Below are positions 11,905 to 24,290 of a stretch of 64,000 nt of DNA, in pieces; positions within the stretch are counted from its first letter, which is position 1, and every line of letters starts with the position of its first letter. Source of the stretch: Azolla caroliniana (taxonomy: Eukaryota > Plantae > Polypodiophyta). Under the pieces are notes generated by a model. That model ran no database searches, was not told where the DNA came from, and saw only the letters and a list, made by a program, of their open reading frames with translations. The DNA lies in contig JBHGNT010000008.1 in NCBI GenBank assembly GCA_043228905.1, forward strand, positions 9,982,001-10,046,000, in the 5' to 3' direction. The position numbers and the translations under genes are program-made.

Positions 11905-14900
11905 TGTTGAGAGACAAGCTCAACATCGGCCGGATCGGCTAAAGAAGCCGAGGACCGGATCGGTTGGGACCGATCGGTTAGGCCGAGTGCGTAAACCGGG
12001 AGACCGTTAGGAAAGATATTCCGTGAGGAATATATTTGGGAGTTAGTGTAGGAGCTCTTAAAGAGCATTGAAGTACGGTCAGTACTTCAGTCAGTCCTTC
12101 TAGGACTTGTATAAAAGTGTTCATGGAACACACATATGTATATAGTAGTGAATTGAGATCTTTTGTTAAGATTGTTCTTGTATTTTCTCTCTCTCACTCT
12201 CTCTGTCTCTCCCGCGTATACTGCATAAGCTCAAGCTCTCCATTAAACCTGAGTTTTCTTCCTTTTGTTCGGTCTTCATACTTGCTTCTGCACGTTACTT
12301 TTTACATGGTATCAGAGCGCGAGGGTTGAGAACCTCTCTGCAGCCAACACAGCTTGACGAAGAAGAACAAGAAGAACGATGGATAGAGGCATGGCGAGCT
12401 CGCTTCCAACAGAGAAGCTCGACAGAACGAACTACGCGTCTTGGTCCTACAAGATGCACCAGTACCTGCTCGGGCACGGCTACTGGAGTTATGTCGAAGG
12501 AGCTAATGACGCGACACCCGAATCGACACACAGAGACTTCCCGTCGTGGGAGCAATCAGCGAGCAGGGTATTATACTGCTTTGCGTCGTGTGTGGGCGAA
12601 CAACTATTGAGCTATGTTCAGGATGCAAAGATGCCGAAGGGTGCGTGGGAAAATCTAAAGAAGATCTTCGCCGCGAGCACCACAGCCAGGAAGCTTCAGC
12701 TCCGACAGGAGTTGAGCAACCTACGACAACGCGACTTGTCGGTGGCGGACTATACCTCGAAGATCAAGGATATCTGCGACTCCCTCGCCTCCATAGAGGT
12801 GAACATCGAGGAGAGCGAGATGGTCCAGATCTGTCTCGGAGGTTTGGCGTCGAAGTTCGGAGCGTTCCGAACGGCTGTGTGTACTTGGGAGAATACGCCA
12901 TCCTTTTTTGACTTACAGTCAATGCTCCTGGTAGAGGAGAACCACGCGGGTGCGTCTACAAGCACGCATACCAACAGGAGAATGTTGTACACGGAGGGAG
13001 TTAGGCCACGTGGACGTGGAGGACGAGGCAAGTTGGCGCGCAATGGAGGCGGCCGACGAGATCAAGGAAGAAGGCACCGAAGTGATGCCGACAGCAACTC
13101 CGGACCCTCCGGAAACAGGGGGAGTCGAAGCGATGAGAACCGGCAAGGGAAGGCCATCGCGGAGTGCTGGTACTGTGGCAAGAAAGGCCATAGGGAAACT
13201 GAGTGTTGGAAGAAGCGCGCCGATTCATAGAGAACCGGTTCCGGAAACGGCTCCGGACATACCGACAAGGGAAATCAGCAGCGATCGCACTACGCCGAAG
13301 ACTCCGGGAGAGCCGGAGAAGGGTCTGCCTTCGTGACGAGACACGAAGCAAACTCAATGAAACAGACCACCCCGAGATCGGACGAGGTGTGGTACGTAGA
13401 TTCCGGCGCGTCAAACCACATGATGAGCCATAAGGAGTGGTTCTCGTACCTTGAAAAACCGATACAACCTGGAGTAGTCGCAACTAGAGACGACACTCTG
13501 TATCCAATCGTGAATGTCGGAGAAGTTCCCCTTAGCCATGTCGAGCAGAAAGGGAAACTCATGAACGTGTTGCACGTTCCGACAATCACGAAGAACTTGG
13601 TCTCGGTCGGATAGATCGTCGACCAAGGGATGGAGGTTCGGTTTACACACCTCGGGTGCTTCATTGAGGAAGAAGGCCGTGTGATTGCGCAAGGGCGCAG
13701 AGACGGGAGGATGTTCATCCTCGACTCCACTGACGGCGGCACCGCAATGTTCGCGAAGGGACAAAAATCCAAGTCGGACATCGACTTGTGGCACAAGCGG
13801 ATAGGCCATGTCAACTACCAGCGGCTTCAAGATCTGCAAACGAAACAGGTAGTGTTTGGGTTGCCCAAATTTAGTGGCCGAAAGGCACAAATTTGTGAAG
13901 CCTGCCAGCTCGGGAAGCAACACTGACTTCCCTTCCCCAACGAGCGAAACCGGAGCCGGAACAAGCTCAACCTTATACACTCCAATGTATGGGGGCCGAC
14001 ACAAAACGTTAGTCTTGGCGGGAGCCGATATTTTTTCTCCTTCATCGATGACCACACGCAGCACACGTGGATCTACCTCATTGAGAGGAAGAGCGAAGTC
14101 TTCGACTGTTTCCGGGACCTCAAAGGGTTCGTGGAAACGGAAACGGGACGGAAGATCAAGTGCCTGCGGTCGGATGGCGGGAAAGAGTACTTTTTTGGTC
14201 AATTCAACGGTTATCTACAACAAATGGGAATTCGGCGCGAATTCAATTGTAGATACACGCCGGAGCATAACGGCGTGGCCGAGAGGAAGAATCGGTCAGT
14301 TGTGGAAGCGGCACGGGCAATGTTGGAAGAGAAGAGCTTGCCCAAGTTCTACTGGGCCGAGGCGGTAAGGACCGCGGTATACATCCAGAACCGGATCAGA
14401 GACAAAGTGTCGGCGCACGAGTTGTATTTCGGAACGAAGCCGAACTTGCAACACTTGAGGGTGTTCGGTAGCATTGCGTATGTGCATGTACCGAAGGAGA
14501 AAAGGAGGAAGCTGGACGCAAAGGCCGAGAAATGCATCTTGGTCGGTTACTCGGACGAGCAGAAGGGTTATAAGTGCTATAACCCTTGCACCAAACAAGC
14601 GCGTGTTAGCCGCGACGTTGTGGTTGACGAGTCCGCGTCCTGGTACCAGCCCCCGACTCCGAACCCCGGCTCCAATCCGTGTTCTGACGATGAGGTCAGC
14701 GAGGCCGAGATGCCTCCGGATGAGCCCAAAATCGAGACCCACGAAGAGAGTCCGATTTCACTCCGCTTAAGTGGACCGATTGGACGACTGAGTCAGTACG
14801 ATCAGTCCGATGAAGAGCCGGCGAGTAGTGGAGACTCGGCCGTTTATTCCCCGCACAAGAAGCCGAGGAGACGGCTTACGCGCAAAGAGAAAGGGAAGAA

Positions 14901-17576
14901 GAAGGTGTCGGATTCCGGCACGGATAAGAACGAGTCCGACTCCGAGGGAACTGGTGACGGGTCTTTAAAGGTGAAGACCGCGTCGACTGAGAAGGCCTCG
15001 ACATCGGCTAATGTGAGACTACGTCGATCTACCCGCTAGAAGAATCCTGTTTTGCGGTTCGGATACAACGAGTACATGGCGCATCATTATGCGTACATGA
15101 CTCGTGTAGCAGAAGTGCATGAGCCGGAGAGCTACGCAAAAGCGGCTAAAGACGCGATTTGGCGTGCCGCGATGGAAGAAGAGATGCACGCATTGGCGGA
15201 GAACGAGACCTGGGACCTGGTTGACACACCAAAAGGGGTAAAACCGATCGGGTGTAGGTGGGTGTACAAGGTCAAGTACAACACCGATGGCTCGGTCAAC
15301 CGGTACAAGGCTTGGCTAGTGGCAAAGGGCTACGCGCAGAAACACAGCATCGACTACGATGAGACGTTTGCGTCGGTCGCTAAAATGACGACCGTCCGTG
15401 TTTTGCTCGTAGTAGCTGCGGTGAAGGGGTGGCACTTACATCAGATGGATGTAAAGAATGTGTTCCTACAAGGTGACCTTGAGAAACAGGTGTACATGGT
15501 ACAACCCCCCGGATTTCACTCTAGAACGAACTCCTCGGCAATATGCCGATTCGCGTTCCAGGCAAGCGGCAAGCTCCGCGTGCCTGGAACGCGAAGATTA
15601 CGCAACAACTGCGTCGGATGGGCTTCATCACGTCAAAATCGGACTCTTCCCTGTTCATCCGGAAAGGTCGACTCGGACCGGTTAGTATTTTACTATATGT
15701 TGATGACTTGGTCATCACTGGCGCCGACCTAGGTGAAATCGACCGCGTGAAGCTCCAGCTTGCGGCATCGTTCGACATGAAGGATCTGGGGGACCTTCAT
15801 TACTTCCTCGGGATCGAAGTGATCCCTACCCCCGAAGGCATATTGATCAGCCAACATCATTACGTGCTGAGTATGCTCTTCAAATTCAGGATGGCCGACT
15901 GTAAGTCCGTCTCGACTCCTCTGGACAGAACCATGAAGCTTTGTCCCGATATCGGAAAGGTATGCAGCCCGACGAGTTTCCGACAAATTGTCGAAAGCCT
16001 CATATACTTGACCATCACCCGACCCGACCTCAATTATCCGGTCGGAGTGATAAGTCAGTTCATGGTGCGACCTACCGAGGAGCACCGCCAGTGTGTGCAA
16101 CACATACTTCGGTATGTCAATGGCACTAAGGACCGGGGACTGCTATATCGGACCGGTGCAGCCGCGCAGTTAGTCGGCTACACCGATGCTAATTGGGCTG
16201 GCAACGCCGCCGATCGCCGATCCATGTCTGGATACGCGTTCTCCCTCGGGAGTGTCACGATCGCGTGGAGCAGTAAGAAGCAACCGACAGTTGCACTGTC
16301 GAGCACCGAAGCTGAGTACTGAGGAGCGGCTGTCGCGACATGCGAAGCCATATGGTTGAAGCGGCTACTTAAGGATCTGCAGGTGGAGGTGTCCGATCCA
16401 ACGACGATCTACTACGACAACATCAGCAGCATCCAACTCGCGAAAAACCCCGTTTTCCACGCACGGACCAAGCACATTGAGGTGCACTACCATTTCGTTC
16501 GTGAGCGTGTCCTTTCCGGTGAAGTCGAACTTCAGTACGTTCCAACGGATCGGCAGACTGCCGACATCTTCACCAAGCCTCTTGGTCTGGACAAGTTGCG
16601 GCAATTCTCAGGTGCGCTCGGATTGCGTCACCTCGACGTGCCGAACTTGAGGGGGAGAACAGTCCCGAATGACCAAGCAAGGTAGCAGGAAAGGAGCGGA
16701 GACCGAGACACCGAGTCGGTTGACTCGGTTGTCGAGTTCGACTTCAGATCGGCTGAAGAAGCCGAGGGCGGACCCGGGGAAAAGTCCAGAAACGGACAGA
16801 AGGGGAGCGACCGAAGGAGAGAGCCGAAGCCAACCACGCATGGGGAAGATGACGCCACCGAGGGCGAGAAGACCGAAGACGAGTTGGAGACAGCCAACTC
16901 GGACGAGAGCAAAAACCGATCGGAGGTAGTCGAGTCAGTTCAGATGTTTGATTCAGATACGCTAAATCAACCGAGGCCCAAGCGGAAGAAAAGGCAATAG
17001 GAGAAGCGTCAACACCGCAACAACAAAAGAGCTGATAAGGGCCACATGAGCAGACAAGCCAACCGGAAGGGTCGAAGCGCGCGGAGTCAAACAGGCCGTG
17101 GAGCACGAGCGAGGCGTGAAGCCAGGAGGAACCGGAGCTATGAGCCCGAAGATCCCGAAGAGCCTCAAGTTGAGCTTGAGGGGGAGTGTTGAGAGACAAG
17201 CTCAACATCGGCCGGATCGACTGAAGAAGCCGAGGACTGGATCGGTTGGGACCAATCGGTTAGGCCGAGTGCGTAAACTGAGAGGCCGTTAGGAAAGATA
17301 TTCCGTGAGGAATATATTTGGGAGTTAGTGTAGGAGCTCTTAAAGAGCATTGAAGTACGGTCAGTCCTTCTAGGACTTGTATAAAAGTGTTCATGGAACA
17401 CACATATGTATATAGTAGTGAATTGAGATCTTTTGTTAAGATTGTTCTTGTATTTTCTCTCTCTCACTCTCTCTGTCTCTCCCGCGTATATTGCGTAAGC
17501 TCAAGCTCTCCATTAAACCTGAGTTTTCTTCCTTCTGTTCGGTCTTCATACTTGCTTCCGCACGTTACTTTTTACA
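11905..17576 (+). mobile_element. Copia B: full-length Ty1/copia (possibly Bryco-like lineage) nested in the 5' LTR of copia A
   Basis: LTRs 11905-12306 and 17187-17576 (about 11 transitions plus one 12-bp indel by eye); TSD TTTAG (11900-04 and 17577-81); PBS tggtatcagagc 12307-18; PPT gagggggag ending at 17186. Confidence 0.96.
12391..16685 (+). pseudogene. gag-pol of copia B (single original frame, several nonsense mutations and one frameshifting deletion near 15545)
   Basis: MASSLPTEKLDRTNYASW; CWYCGKKGHRETEC; WYVDSGASNHM; LWHKRIGH..CEAC; LRSDGGKEY..NGVAERKNR; [11 protein letters not shown]; LLYVDDLVI; FHARTKHIEVHYHFVRE. Confidence 0.93.
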
Positions 17577-17658
17577 TTTAGTGATTGAAGACTCGGCTGT
17601 GGCCGAGCACTATTCCGCATATTCTTTACAAACTGGTATCAAAGCAGGTAACACAGAA

Positions 17659-20600
17659 ATGGAAAAACCGTTCGGCGGCATATTCAAGCTCACTGGCTCC
17701 AACTACTCAGTGTGGAAGTCGAAGATGAGGGACATGCTCGTGGTCAAAGATCTTTGGTTACCGGTTCAGTTCGGGGACAAGAGACCGGATGAGATCGATG
17801 CCACGATATGGGAGGTGATGCACATGAAGACAACAACGTACATACGGTGCTTCATCGACATGGGCTTGTACAACAACTTTAATGAGGAGAGCAAGGCTCA
17901 TGAGATCTGGGAGAAGATCGGCATTATGTTTCAAAACAAAAATGATGTTAATCGGGTTTCGGTATTTTGGAAGCTAGTGAGGCTCCAATACCAAGACGTC
18001 TCCAGTATGGCGGAGCACATGAATGCCTTCCAGGGGCTGATTCACCAGGCAACCTCGTTGGAAGTACCTCTCGCCGATGAGGTACTTGCTCTACTCCTGC
18101 TCGGTTCCCTCCCAGATAGCTGGGAGACGTTAGTTGTCACTTTGGGCAACGCCGGGCCGGAAGGAAAATAACTATCCCTAGCAAGAGTCAAGTCGAGCTT
18201 GCTAGATGAGGAGGCACGTCAGAAAGACAAGGAGGTGATCTCCGACGCCAAAGCCCTCCTTACCGAATCGGAACGCGGAAAACAAAGGAATCGGAGTCCT
18301 TAGAACCGGGAAAAGTCGGGGACACGGTCAAAGTCAAGGGGGAGGCCCACTTGCTTCTACTGCGGCAAGCCGGTGCACTTCCAGAAGAACTATCGGCATT
18401 TTCGAAAAGACAAGGGAATCGACAGTACTGATTCGAAGAAGTCACCAGACCGAAACGGTTCGGATCGGCGAGGACCGGACCGGAAGGGAACGATGACAAT
18501 CGCAGCAAATGAAGAGGAGTTGATGCTCATCGCCGAGGAGAGTGAGTTGAACCTTGCCGTCGACGAGACAACGTGGGTTGTCGACTCCGAAGCGTCGTTC
18601 CACCTTACCTTGGACCGGAAATGCTTCTCATCCTACACAACCGGTGAGCATGGGTGTGTCCGAATGGGGAATGAAGGGATTTGCCGAATTATCGACATAG
18701 GAGATGTGTTGTTGACGACGTGAACCGGATGCAAGCTGCTGCTGAAGGATGTCCGACACATTCCAGAGGTTCGTTTGAACCTGATATCAGCTGGTCGGCT
18801 AGATGATGAAGGCTACACGGGTAGCATCCGGATGGTGTCATGAAGTTCAGCAAGGGGAGCCTGATAGTGGCTTGGGTCCGAAAAGTCAACACACTGTACC
18901 TAATGAATGCCCGGTTATGCCGGGATGAAGTGAACGTTGCGTCCGACATTGCCGGTGAGCTATGGTACAAAAGATTGTGTCACATGAGTGAGAAGGAGAT
19001 GAAGAGGCTTGCCGATGACAACCTCATTCCAGTGAAGGACGTGCATCTTGAGAGGTGCACCGACTGCCTTGCCGGTAAGCAAAACCGTACCTCCTTCTGA
19101 TCAAGGCCACCGATGAAACGTAATGCATCACTGGAGTTGGTGCATACCGATGTGTGTCAAGTGGACACGAAGTCACATGCCGGATCGCAGTACTTCGTGA
19201 CGTTCATAGATGACCACAACCGGAAGCTGTGGGTCACACCGTTGAAGACAAATGATCAGGTGTTATCTGTCTTCAAGGAGCTCCACGCAAGAGTGGAAAG
19301 AGAAACTGGCCGAAAGCTGAAGGCAGTTCGAGGAGTACTACCGCTAGAAGGGAATCCGGCTCAAATTTACCGTGCCGAAGACGCCGAAACTAAACGGGTT
19401 CGCCGAGAGGATGAACCGGACCATAATGGAGAGAGTCCGGAGTATGTTGGCACATGCAAGGTTACCCAAGACGTTTTGGGTTGAGGCGTTGGTGACAACG
19501 ACGTACGTGATAAACAGATCACCCTCAGTGCCCTTGGACGGAGACACGTCGCAGAGAGTGTGGACCGGTAAGGAAGTGTCTTACTAGCATTTGAAGGTGT
19601 TTGGGTGTCTCGCTTACGTGCATGTTGCAAAGGACCGGAAAGCAAAGTTGGATCCAAAGTCTCGACCTTGCATATTCCTTGGATACGGCGATGATGAGCT
19701 CGGCTACAGAGTGTGGGATCCGGTTGACAAGTAGGTTTTCCGGAGTCAAGATATTATCTTCATGGAGGACAAGACCCTTGCCGACTGGGAGTCGGAGAAG
19801 AAGATAATCAACTCTGAGTCGACCGGTAAGGATCGGTTCGATGAGATTCGGACCTACCCGGCTAAGAGCCGGTTGACACTCGAAGAACCGGCCGATTACG
19901 GTGAGGATACCGAACCAGCAGAAGAAGAAGAAGAAGAAGAAGAAGCAGAAACCGGAACCGGCCAAGACCCCGAATCGGATTCGAATGAAGAACAAACAGA
20001 GGAGCTGGTTGCCGAAAGCCAAAGATGGAGATATCCTCTCAGAGAGAGAAGGCCCCCAAGGAGATTTCCGGATGAAGAGCGCGTGCTGCTAACCGATGAG
20101 GGGGAGCCGGAAAGCTTCGAAGAAGCAAAGGAGGACACCCACAACCGCAAGTGGTTGAGTGCCATGCAGGACAAGATGGATTCCCTGCATGAGAACCACA
20201 CATATGAACTGGTGGAGTTGCCGAAAGGAAAGCGGGCACTCCGGAACAAGTGGGTGTACAAGTTGAAACCGGGAGATGCCGACAACCCCCCAAGATACAA
20301 AGCTAGGATCGTGGTGAAGGGGTTCCAGCAGAAGAAGGGAGTGGACTTTGATGAGATATTTGCCCTGGTAGTAAAGATGACTTCCATCCGGACGGTGCTG
20401 AGCATAGCGGCAAGCATGGACCTCGAGGTAGAGCAGTTAGACGTGAAGACAACATTCCTCCATGATGACCTCAAAGAGGAGATCTACATGCAACAACCGT
20501 AGGGATTTGTGAAGAAAGGGAAGGAGCACCTGGTTTGCTAGTTGAAGAAGAGTCTCTATGGTTTGAAGCAGGCTCCCCGGCAATGGTACCGGAAGTTCGA

Positions 20601-21675
20601 CTCCTTCATGACCGATCAAGGGTACCACAAGACGCAGGCCGATCACTACGTATTTATGAAGAAGTTCGAAGGTGGAGACTCCTTGATACTCCTCTTGTAC
20701 ATGGGCGACATATTGATCGTCGGACGAGACCAAGTCAAGATACGGATGTTGAAGAAGGCTCTGAAACAAACCTTCTCAATGAAAGACTTGGGTCTGGCAA
20801 GACAGATACTGGGGATGCATATCATCCAGGACCAGTCGAAGAAGCTATTGTGGCTATCACAGGAAAAGTACGTGACAAAGGTGCTTCAACGGTTCAACAT
20901 GTCGGACGTGAAACCAGTTAGATCGACACTTCCGGAAAACTGCAAGCTATCCGGTAAGCAAAGCCCGAAGACGAAGGCAGAGAAGGCGGATAGGATGAAG
21001 ATACCATATGCCTCTGCCGTCAGGAGCTTAATGTACGCAATGGTGTGTACCCGACCGGATATCCGATACGCAGTCGGAGTGGTGAGCCGGTTTATGAGCA
21101 ATCCCGGCAAGGAGCACTGGAATGCAGTAAAATGGATACTTCGGTACTTGAAAGGCACCTCAAGTATGTGCCTTCGATTCGGCTCCGGTAAACCCCAACT
21201 TGATGGTTTCATCGATTTGGATATGTCGGCTGATGTAGATACTAGCCAATCAACATCGGGATATGTTATGGCATATGTAGGGGGAGCAGTTTCGTGGCAA
21301 TCGAGGTTGTAGAAGACGGTTGCGTTGTCAACCACAGAGGCGGAGTACATGGCGGATGTGGAAGCCAACAAGGAAATACTATGGATGAAGGACTTCATCG
21401 AAGAGCTAGAGATCCGGCAAGAGGAATACCGGCTCTATTGCGACAGTCAAAGTGCCATCCACCTTGCGAAGAATGCAGCGTATCATTCCAGGACGAAGCA
21501 CATCCAGCGAAGGTACCACTGGATCCGGGAGCGAGTGGAAGAGCGAGAGTTCGTGCTGACGAAGATCCACACGGAGGAGAACGGGTCAGATATGTTGACC
21601 AAAGTGCTGACACTCGACAAACTAGACGCATGCCGGAATCGGATTGGATTGATGAGGCATCCCATGCCGAAGTGA
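17659..21675 (+). pseudogene. gag-pol of copia A (stops and frameshifts)
   Basis: FKLTGSNYSVWKSKMRDML; LLLGSLPDSWETLV; CFYCGKPVH; WVVDSEASFH; LELVHTDVC; NGFAERMNRT; RYKARIVVKGFQQKKGVDFDEIF; KKSLYGLKQAPRQWY; HSRTKHIQRRYHWIRE. Confidence 0.92.
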
Positions 21676-21939
21676 AGGGGGAGTTTGTTAGGATTTCGGT
21701 TCCTCCGAATGGGATGATGAAGGCCCGATGAGAACCGAATGTTGAAGGCCCGGTGAGAACCTCTCACCGGATGAAGGGACATATATGTAAATATGTTCCA
21801 GAGAGCCCACATGGACTATATTTGTAAATAGCTCGAAAGTCATATTAGTATAAATATAACCTAAGGCAAACAGTATCGGTGTGTTGTCATTATTTTATAT
21901 AGAGTTATTGAGTGTAACTGTTGTACAGAGTGAAGCTGA

Positions 21940-21982
<43 letters not shown>

Positions 21983-22417
21983 TATGTTGTAACTGCCGCC
22001 AGGCAAAGATTGTGAGCATGAGGTCGTTGCCTCCGTGTTTACCTATTGTATTCCTCTTGATATAGTGATAGTTGGAGTTTGTGAACTCCCTTGGTTTTTC
22101 CCATTTAGGGTTTTCCACGTTAACATCCTGTGCATTCTCTTAAGTTTGCGTACTTACTTCCATTTCTCACCCTTTCTGTGTTTGATTATCATTGAGTGAT
22201 TGAAGACTCAGTTGTGGCCGAGCACTATTCTGCATATTCTTTGCAGGTTTCAATTTTTCATTGAACAAATTTGGTTTAAATGGTCTCATTTACCATTTCT
22301 TAATTGGTTTGAGAGGTCATCAACGGTTTTATTTTGTTTTTGTTTTATATAAATGGTTTGATTCAGTTTGGTTCGGTTTCAAGGTAAAGAAATCAAACTG
22401 AATCAGGCTCATAGTTA

Positions 22418-24280
22418 TGCCACACCATTCTCCTTCTACATATTGTCAAACATCGGGTTTGTCCACATACTCTACCTTTAACTCCTCACACATAACATTG
22501 AAGACAGATTCCGTAATGCAATCCATGAGTTGGCACATTCATTGATAAAGGTGATTTCTTTTTGCAACACTTACCTTCGGCAACATGTTGTCCACCCATG
22601 ATTTTTTAGCGTGGAACTAGCACAACAAAAGACAACATTGTGTTTGTGAGCATTGTCCATTTGCAACAATCCAACATTGAGGTCTTGAGCAACCACAATA
22701 GATATGACATTATATGATGTCCAAATTTTATCAAAGACTATTGCATTTGGCCGCACCATGGGCATCCTTGCAAATATGACTACTTACCAAATTTGGAGAT
22801 CCCAATCCTTGAATGAACGCCTCCACTAGCATTTGAATAGTCTACATCACGTAATAGCCACAAAGGGTCCCATTGGGTTGTGTTGGGATTTGGTGTTTGT
22901 GATTTTTCCCCCTACTTAGGATGCAATGTTCTCCAAGCATGCTACATTTCTTCTGTACAGTTGGATCTACCAAAGTCTTCAAGGCTCAGGTCGTCGAATT
23001 ATTCAATGGATTGCAAAAGACTATAGGACCAATCACCTTCTAAACATCCACGCCAATTGAATTGTTGTGCATCTTTTTTCCAAATCAACCAATGGCCTGA
23101 TTGAAAATATGGGTGTGAAAACATAAATCCCGCTCTTGCACGTGACCAAGGATGTCATCCACCTTGTTGCTTTGTTTGGAAAGTTGGACCCAAAGTGGAT
23201 CTACAATCCCAATACCTATTAAGAACCTCTTGGGGTTGGGAATATTCCATCCACATGCTGATGAGGCTCATCATCCAAGTGGATGCCATCTCCCTCACCT
23301 TGCATAATGATCACAAATCATGATCAACCACGAACACCAATAGATCCAATCTTTGACATGCAAAGTTGGAACTTGTTTTTTATGCCAGAATTAGCATATA
23401 GATCACAAACCATTAACACTTTCCGTACTTTGTGTACAAAATGAACAAATAAACAAGGCATACATGGCTAACTTACTACCAATTGTCATGTTTTATGGTT
23501 TTGTGGTTTTCCCAAATACAATGTGGATAGTTCCAACATCTCGTGCTTCATATGAATCTAATGTAATCTCCTCACATAGGGTTGAGTCCACCTCTTTCCA
23601 TTGGACTTGGATTTTGGCCCTTCTCAATTTAATTGGTGTCGATTCAAACAGTTGAGTGAGTTCCATCATCGTCGAATTTCGCAAGCTTGTGGGCCTTACA
23701 CTAAAATTACGAAGATATGGGCCTCCATGAAAATTTGGGCCACCAAAACTTTTAGTCACAAAAATATCCAATATGTGTTTTGAACATATTAGAAACTTCA
23801 AATTATACAAATTTCTAGCCACAAAAAATTTAAAATATTATCGGCTAGAGACCTCTTGGGATTGCGTATATTCCATCATATGCTGAAGAGGCTCATCATC
23901 TAGGTGGATGCCATCTCCCCCGCTTTGTATAATGATCACAAATCATGATCAAGCATGTAGACCAACAGATTCAATCTTCGACATGCAAGTTGGAACCTGT
24001 TTTTTAGGCCAAAATTACAAGTATCACAAATGGTTAACACTTGCAATATTTAGTGTACCAAATGAACAAACCCAAAACACTTTGGCATACATGGCTAACT
24101 TATTACCACTTGTCATGTTTTGTGATCTTGTGGCTTTCTTAATCCAATGTGAACAATTCCAACATCTTGTGCTTCCTCATTTGAATAAGATGGAATCTCC
24201 TCACATAGGGTTGAGTCCATCTCATTCCATCGGACTTGTATTTTGGCCCTTCTCGTTGACTTGTTGTGGATTCAAATGGT
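22418..24280 (-). pseudogene. Decayed MULE-like transposase, central/N-terminal part, with a ~430-bp internal duplication (23222-23650 vs 23848-24280)
   Basis: The minus strand has RPNAIVFDKIWTSYNVI and LLLC*FHAKKSWVDNMLPK (CxxH-type MULE motif). The duplicated block begins ga.cctcttggg.ttg.g.atattccatc. Confidence 0.55.
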
Positions 24281-24290
24281 GGTCTCTATT

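Larger units (their letters stand above)
11362..22245 (+). mobile_element. Copia A: full-length, decayed Tnt1/Tork-like Ty1/copia LTR retrotransposon
   Basis: 5' LTR 11362-11904 plus 17582-17630 (split by copia B); 3' LTR 21686-22245; TG..CA ends; TSD GGTTT (11357-61 and 22246-50); PBS tggtatcaaagc 17634-45; PPT aagggggagtt 21675-85. Confidence 0.95.
11027..22415. mobile_element. AT-rich MITE-like element (~500 bp of its own sequence: 11027-11361 plus 22251-22415) split by the copia nest
   Basis: Imperfect TIRs actatgggtcc / ggctcatagt, flanked by TA at 11025-26 and 22416-17; internal ggtttggttt/aaaccg motifs on both sides of the insertion. Confidence 0.6.

Noticed and set aside
13228-13230. 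Programmed stop-codon readthrough between gag and pol in copia B
   Set aside because: Several other in-frame stops occur in the same element, and relative D reads through the equivalent position (ORF 30245-30964), so simple decay is more likely.
16686-17186. env-like gene in copia B
   Set aside because: No hydrophobic or transmembrane segment; it is a charged in-frame tail, not a separate ORF.
13001-21812. Many long antisense and alternate-frame ORFs
   Set aside because: Shadow ORFs of GC-rich gag-pol sequence with no recognisable domains.
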